Assembly (NCBI GenBank): GCA_021613535.1
Contig: CP075493.1
Span: forward strand, 1,798,001 to 1,862,000
Source: Adineta vaga
Taxonomy: Eukaryota > Animalia > Rotifera
Reading direction: 5' to 3'
DNA: 64,000 bases
Positions 58,545 through 64,000 of the stretch are shown piece by piece. Position numbers and translations under genes: made by a program. The notes below the pieces were generated by a model that was given only the letters and a program-made list of their open reading frames with translations, had not been told where the DNA came from and made no database searches. The stretch's first letter is position 1. Each line of letters opens with the position of its first letter.

Positions 58545-59938
58545 TTATCTATTTTCCTTTGATTTCGTTGAATTGCGTTGCTGTTGATTATATAAATATC
58601 GATCATAATTTTCATCTCCAATTCGTTCATCGTTCATTATTCGATTGAATTCATGTTCAATCGATATTCGATCTTCACTAAATTTCTTCATATATTCATC
58701 TTTTATTTGTTCAAGTTCATTTTCAAATCGTTGAAGAAAATTTACAATCTTATCTACACGATGTTTCATTGGTTTTATATCAGTTTCAATTACAATCGAT
58801 TCATGTACTTGAACATCGATTGTTGGATGACACTCTCTCGATGTTTGATCAATTACTACAGGACAATGATTAACAATCGTTCGTGGAGGTGATGTCCAAC
58901 CACATTCACTAATTCTATTTTTTGTTCAAATGAGAAAAAAACTAATCCAAAATGACGTTTATTTCGTTTACACTGCTCACTCTAGTGATGGAATTGAATT
59001 TGATGAAGTTGTTTCTACTAAATGATCAATTTCATCATTTGTATAATCGTCTTCTTTTCGATGATTGTTTATTAAAGATGATAATGTTGATAGAAGATGA
59101 TTGGGTACTTTACTCAAGAAAAGATTCGTACCATATAAACGTATTTTTGACATTTCAAGAAGTTTTTCAACTGATTTTTCATTTTCAAATTCGATTATTG
59201 CACATTTTGAATCATTCGGAAGTATATAACAAGCAATTACATGTGTACGTTTATCGAAATAATCACTAAAATAAAAGCATTTATTCTTCATATTTCTTCG
59301 TTTTTACCATAATCTTACATTAACATTTTTTCCGAAATTTTATCCGTTAAACCATTCACATATATTTGATGATGAACATTCAATGTTAATCGATTCTTTT
59401 CAATGGTGAACTCTTTTGGATGTACAGCTGGATGAATTGTAAATATTTGATTATCGATTGTTTTTGGTATTGTTTGTTGTTGAATTATCGTTCGAATATA
59501 TTGTCGACTGGAAAATTCAATTAAAATATAGACTTGATTCTGTTGTCGAGATAAACAATGATGTAACAATGAATCGATAATTTTATAAAATTGAACGATT
59601 GTTTTAATATCATTTTGATTGATAATAGGTCCAACGAATAATTTACGATCAAGATTTAATAGATCGAAATTATTTAAAAGATTTTCATAAGATATGATAT
59701 CGAGTTTGATGGAATCAATTCCATGTTGAGGAAAATTAAGAAATTGTTCAAAATGTTGTTGATTGGAAAATTCAATGATACGAAAATCACAAAATAATCG
59801 TTTATCATCGGGACATTCAGCAATTGAACAGGAAAGTATTGTACCGAATTTTGAACAATAATTTAATAATACTTGATCATCAATGGAAGATGTATTTCCA
59901 ATATAAATACATAAAGAAGTATTTCGAATTGAAGTCAT
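58545..59938 (-). CDS. Protein with several degenerate RRM-like domains and a C-terminal coiled coil
   Basis: IYIGNT..LLNYCSKFGTI..IIEF, RKLFVGPI..ILIEF and IYVNGL..AIIEFENEKSV across three exons. Confidence 0.7.
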
Positions 59939-60018
59939 ATGAACACGAATTTCGTTATGAATCTTTTATTTGATTCAGTTCTATATCATATATTATTTCA
60001 TTCGATATATCATAAGAA

Positions 60019-61225
60019 CTAGAGGTCGCTTAAATCAATGTGATTTACTATATGATTATAAATAAGAATCAGACAAAAATTAGAATAATTAGTTCGAAGA
60101 ATTGAATGATTTGTAATGAACAAACTTCTTTTTTGACAATAATTTCGACATTTTCCTTCAATGAACGACCATTGATGTTGACATTGTTGATAAATTCCAG
60201 TTATATTATTTATTTCATATCCTTTCCATTCTTTTGGTGTTTTACATCGTGCAAATGCTGATAAATCAATTGGAAATCGATAAAAATCACCGCGTTCATA
60301 AGCTTTTTCTAAATGTCGACGAAGTTCTATTCGTGTTATCCAATGATTCAAATAATTCTCGATATTTTCATTGTTATTTTTGATTAAAAGTCGATGGATA
60401 TCACCGTATTTGATATAAAACAAATTACATGGATTATCCATTAAGTAAAGTTGACGTAATGATGAAATATGATAATATGTACAAATATCTAACGAATGAA
60501 TATTTGAACTAACAAGATCAATTTCAACTAAAGATTTAACACCACAAAATGTTTGTTTTAATGGTAAAGAAGTATTTTCATTTCGAAAATAATTTCCTCG
60601 TAATTTTATTGATTTTAATTGTTGATTGAAAAGAAATAAAAATGACGGAAGATTTTCTAATTGAGTATTTTCAAGATCAAGATATTGAAGATTTTTCAAT
60701 GGTTTTAATAGATTATTTGTTAATGAACGTTGTCCTAATGGATTATTATTCAATAGAAGAATTTTTAAGTTTTTTAATATTAAAAATGCATTAGAATCAA
60801 TGATTGAAATTTGATTATCGGATAAATCAAGTGTTGTGATTTGATGACAATAAGTAAATATTCCATAGGAAAGATAAGTTATGCGATTTTGACGTAAAAT
60901 TAATGTATCTAAATGTTTTAATCCAAGAAAATCTTGAATAAAAAGTTCACGAAGATGATTTGGCTTAGATCAAGTGTACGTAATTGTTCAAGACTACGTA
61001 AAAAAGAATTTTCACTTAGAGATTCAAATTGATTATTTTGTAAATTGAGATTGAAGAGAGTTTTACTAAAAGATTTGAAAGTATGTGGCGAAAGAATAAT
61101 TGTATGAGTTGAATTTGGATAATTTACAAATGTATCTGATTTAATTGTTTCAATACTAACATTATGTAAATCAATTGTTTGATTATTTGGTATAAAAGAT
61201 GAATAGAACTTATCAAATATTGTGA
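60019..61225 (-). pseudogene. Leucine-rich-repeat protein with a frameshift at about 60960 and a shortened LRRCT cap
   Basis: LxxLxLxxN repeats (LRTLDLSQ/NHLREL, LDTLILRQNRITYL, LQYLDLENTQL). One A is missing in agc-caa-atc relative to an intact repeat. The 5' end is approximate. Confidence 0.6.
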
Positions 61226-62722
61226 ACTATATTAGAACTAAAAGAACAGATGAAATTATATTTGTACTTTTGTTTCTGAAAGCTACTAACTTCGATCATC
61301 ACAATCGAATGTAAAAACAATTTAAATAAATCATTATTGAGAATAAGTTTGATGTTTTGTAGAAAAAAGATTGATAGATTTATGTTATCAATAAGTTAAA
61401 TATCAGATGATAAAATGACTAACACAATAGATTTCTGTTTTGCTTCGGTCAAATGATGTGTTGACATGTCTTGATAATCAACTAGCTTTATCTACCTAGT
61501 TTGTGTATAAATGAACGAATGTGACTGTTCTTTACAAACAGCGATGGAATTAGTCCGAAGTTGTGAGAGAAAAACTGGAGTTACAACTATCCGTATAAAA
61601 GAACGGTCGATAACTCCAATGATTGCTACGCAGTGGTATCAAAAATTCTTTGTTGATAGGGGAGTTAACTCCGGAATCATCGGCGTCTGTTCACGAAGCA
61701 CAATGGAGAAGTGATAACATGATGTTTGAATTACTATATTAGACCTGTCTTGTAGAAATCGTATTTGAAAGTACCAATAAGCTAATTACTTATACTGTTT
61801 TGCAAAAATCTAATATCAGATTCGAGTTCTTTGACTCCAATTATCATTAGGGCAAAATTTTTGAAAGGAAGCCCGTTTTACTTGCACACTATTTTTTGAT
61901 CAATCGATAGATATGAGTAAATGTATGGATGTTCAACTGAATAACTGATCACATCCACACCTTATTTACTTCTATAAAAAAAATTAACAAAACATCATGT
62001 TAATAGGCAATGAATGGTGTAAAAAACAAATAAAGAAATTATTATGCATCATGACTTCGTTAAAAAAAGAGAATTTGATAATATTTCCGATTGCTGATGA
62101 ATAGAGTCTTGGCGTTACGATGTAGGTTTGAGTGAGTGAGTGTTTTCAGATAAAGTTTTAGATTGGAATAATTTGTGAATTCGATTTAGAAAAGAAAACG
62201 ATAGTTATCTCTCTTGTCTCTCAGCTCTAATTTATGAAACAGCAATAGTTAAAGATAAATCAACACATTGTACAAGCAAAGATCAGCATGGCATTGAATT
62301 TATTTCATACAAAACAATAATGTTGAATTCATTAGCGAGAATATAATAAAAGTTCTGTTTTTTTTTATAGGACTTATTCCAATACGACTCAAAACGGGTG
62401 AGACGAAAATATTGTACAATAATATTTAAATTGATTTCAAACTAGATTAATATTTGTTTTGAATTTCTTACTGATTATAGAATTAACAAATGCACCAACA
62501 TATTTTTCTTACATTTAAATTTCATCTTGCATTAGATTTTACTTCTAAAACTTAAGTCTTGTATGATTGAAATCGATCTTATTCTTATTAATGGACGAAA
62601 ATATGTTCTATTGAAAATAAAATATACCTTGATTCTTAACAAACAGGTCGATGCTGCGAAACTTGGTATATTTCTATTGATTTCACACGATTGCTTTTAT
62701 TCAAGTCAAAATAGAATTTCAT

Positions 62723-64000
62723 TTATAGCAAAGGAAAATAAAAATAAAATCTTTCGGTATGTACCCATGTGCCTATCATAATTAATCGTTTTACTTTCGC
62801 ACAATGTCGTCGTGTTTCTTCTTTTGTAAAGTTGTTCGTTACCCTTTCTAAAGCACTATAGTAAATTGTTAATTCAGCCAAATGTGGTACATATGTTTTT
62901 GTTTCATTTAAAAATTGTTCTGCATAATCGTTACTTGCAGTTCTCACATCAAGTGAAGTAAGAAAAGGATATTCAGCAATTGAATATGACTGACCCCTGT
63001 CAGATAAGTCTGTAGTAAGTTTAAACGTCGACTGTGGATGAACATTCATAATACGTAAATTAATCAATAATGGAAAAGATCGAGCAATTCGAACAAAGAA
63101 TTCGTGGTTGAATGGAATCTTGTACTAATAAATATGTAACATAATTAAATATGGTGTCAGAAAATATATTGCCGATATCTTCAAGATGATCGAATGCAAA
63201 AGGAAGAGAGAAGATATGATGTACAACATTGTGATTATTAGTGTAATGTACGATAATAGCTACTGATTGTTGCTGGACGTTTGTGACAATCTTCTCATTA
63301 TCTTGTTCGGATAGATCATGCAATAAATCAACAGCATTGTGATGAGTAGAAATATAAAAAGTGAATGAATGACGCGGTGGCATATGAATAATAATTTCAT
63401 TTTCAAGATGAGTATTATGGATGAATCTTGCTCGATCTTTGATACGAACATATAAAGTTAATTTTTCCAAAAATGGCATACGATGAAGAAGAGATAGAAT
63501 TTTATTATCATATTGGTTGGTTTCAAGATAACATTTTAATGAGAAGTTTTTTAAATTAGGTAGATCATCCTAAATAACAGATATTTATCAACATGTATAA
63601 TTAAGTTAGTCAAAACAAAATGAATGACGCATACAATGAATTCACGAAAAATACTCATGTAAAAATAGTGTTTCATTTTCCAAGTAAACAATATCCATTA
63701 ATACTGTCTATGGAAACTCGGTAGATTTCGCTTTTCAACTATTGAGAACAAACTTGAATTATATAGTTTTTTTACACTAAAGTTATGCAAAATTTGTCGT
63801 ATGATCAATCTTCTTTGTTTAGTACTTACTGTATTGTGAATAATTGGGAAAGATTCACGTATGAAACTTATTCTAATAATAAGTGTAGATAATTGTTTCA
63901 GTCGGCCATCAAGTAAATAGAGACAATCATCAAATGTATATAGATCGATACATAAATGAGTGAGAGTTGAAGAGAAGAAAGTAGTTGGTGATAACTTATG
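62723..64000 (-). pseudogene. F-box/RNI-like LRR family member, frameshifted; runs off the window end
   Basis: DDCLYLLDGRLKQLSTL, DLPNLKNFSL..LLHRMPFLEKLTLY, HIFSLPFAF, then a frame change at about 63115 into PFNHEFFVRIARSFPLL..LERVTNNFTKEETRRHCAKVKRL..FYFYFPLL. Confidence 0.65.

Noticed and set aside
62091-62170. CTGATGA as a possible hammerhead ribozyme core
   Set aside because: No stem II followed by GAAA and no flanking stems were found. The other CTGATGA hits noticed are in coding exons.

Overview
Very AT-rich, gene-dense eukaryotic DNA with many short (about 50-65 nt) GT-AG introns. The intron sizes, the mix of metazoan and non-metazoan genes and a lineage-typical F-box/LRR-like family point to a bdelloid rotifer (inference). 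About 22 protein-coding loci were assembled by eye: PHF20-like, RUNDC3-like, a SnoaL/DUF4440-like protein, LSM12, liprin-beta, a CD38-like ADP-ribosyl cyclase, a GDSL lipase, LEO1, Ral, QSOX, two class A GPCRs, an NAD-dependent formate dehydrogenase, ATP synthase beta, NUDT9, INTS13/Asunder, TELO2, a neuropeptide precursor, RRM and LRR proteins, and several orphans or pseudogenes. Highlights: (1) an intron-containing, probably mitochondrion-targeted formate dehydrogenase of non-animal type with a 12-nt micro-exon; (2) a three-exon urotensin-II-like (CLWKVC) neuropeptide precursor missed by the ORF track; (3) several same-strand gene pairs with very short spacers made of a poly(A) signal plus an unpaired splice acceptor, suggesting operon-like transcription resolved by SL trans-splicing; (4) two intronless HGT candidates; (5) frameshifts in TELO2, an LRR gene and an F-box/LRR-like gene. 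All family calls come from motif recognition, not database searches.
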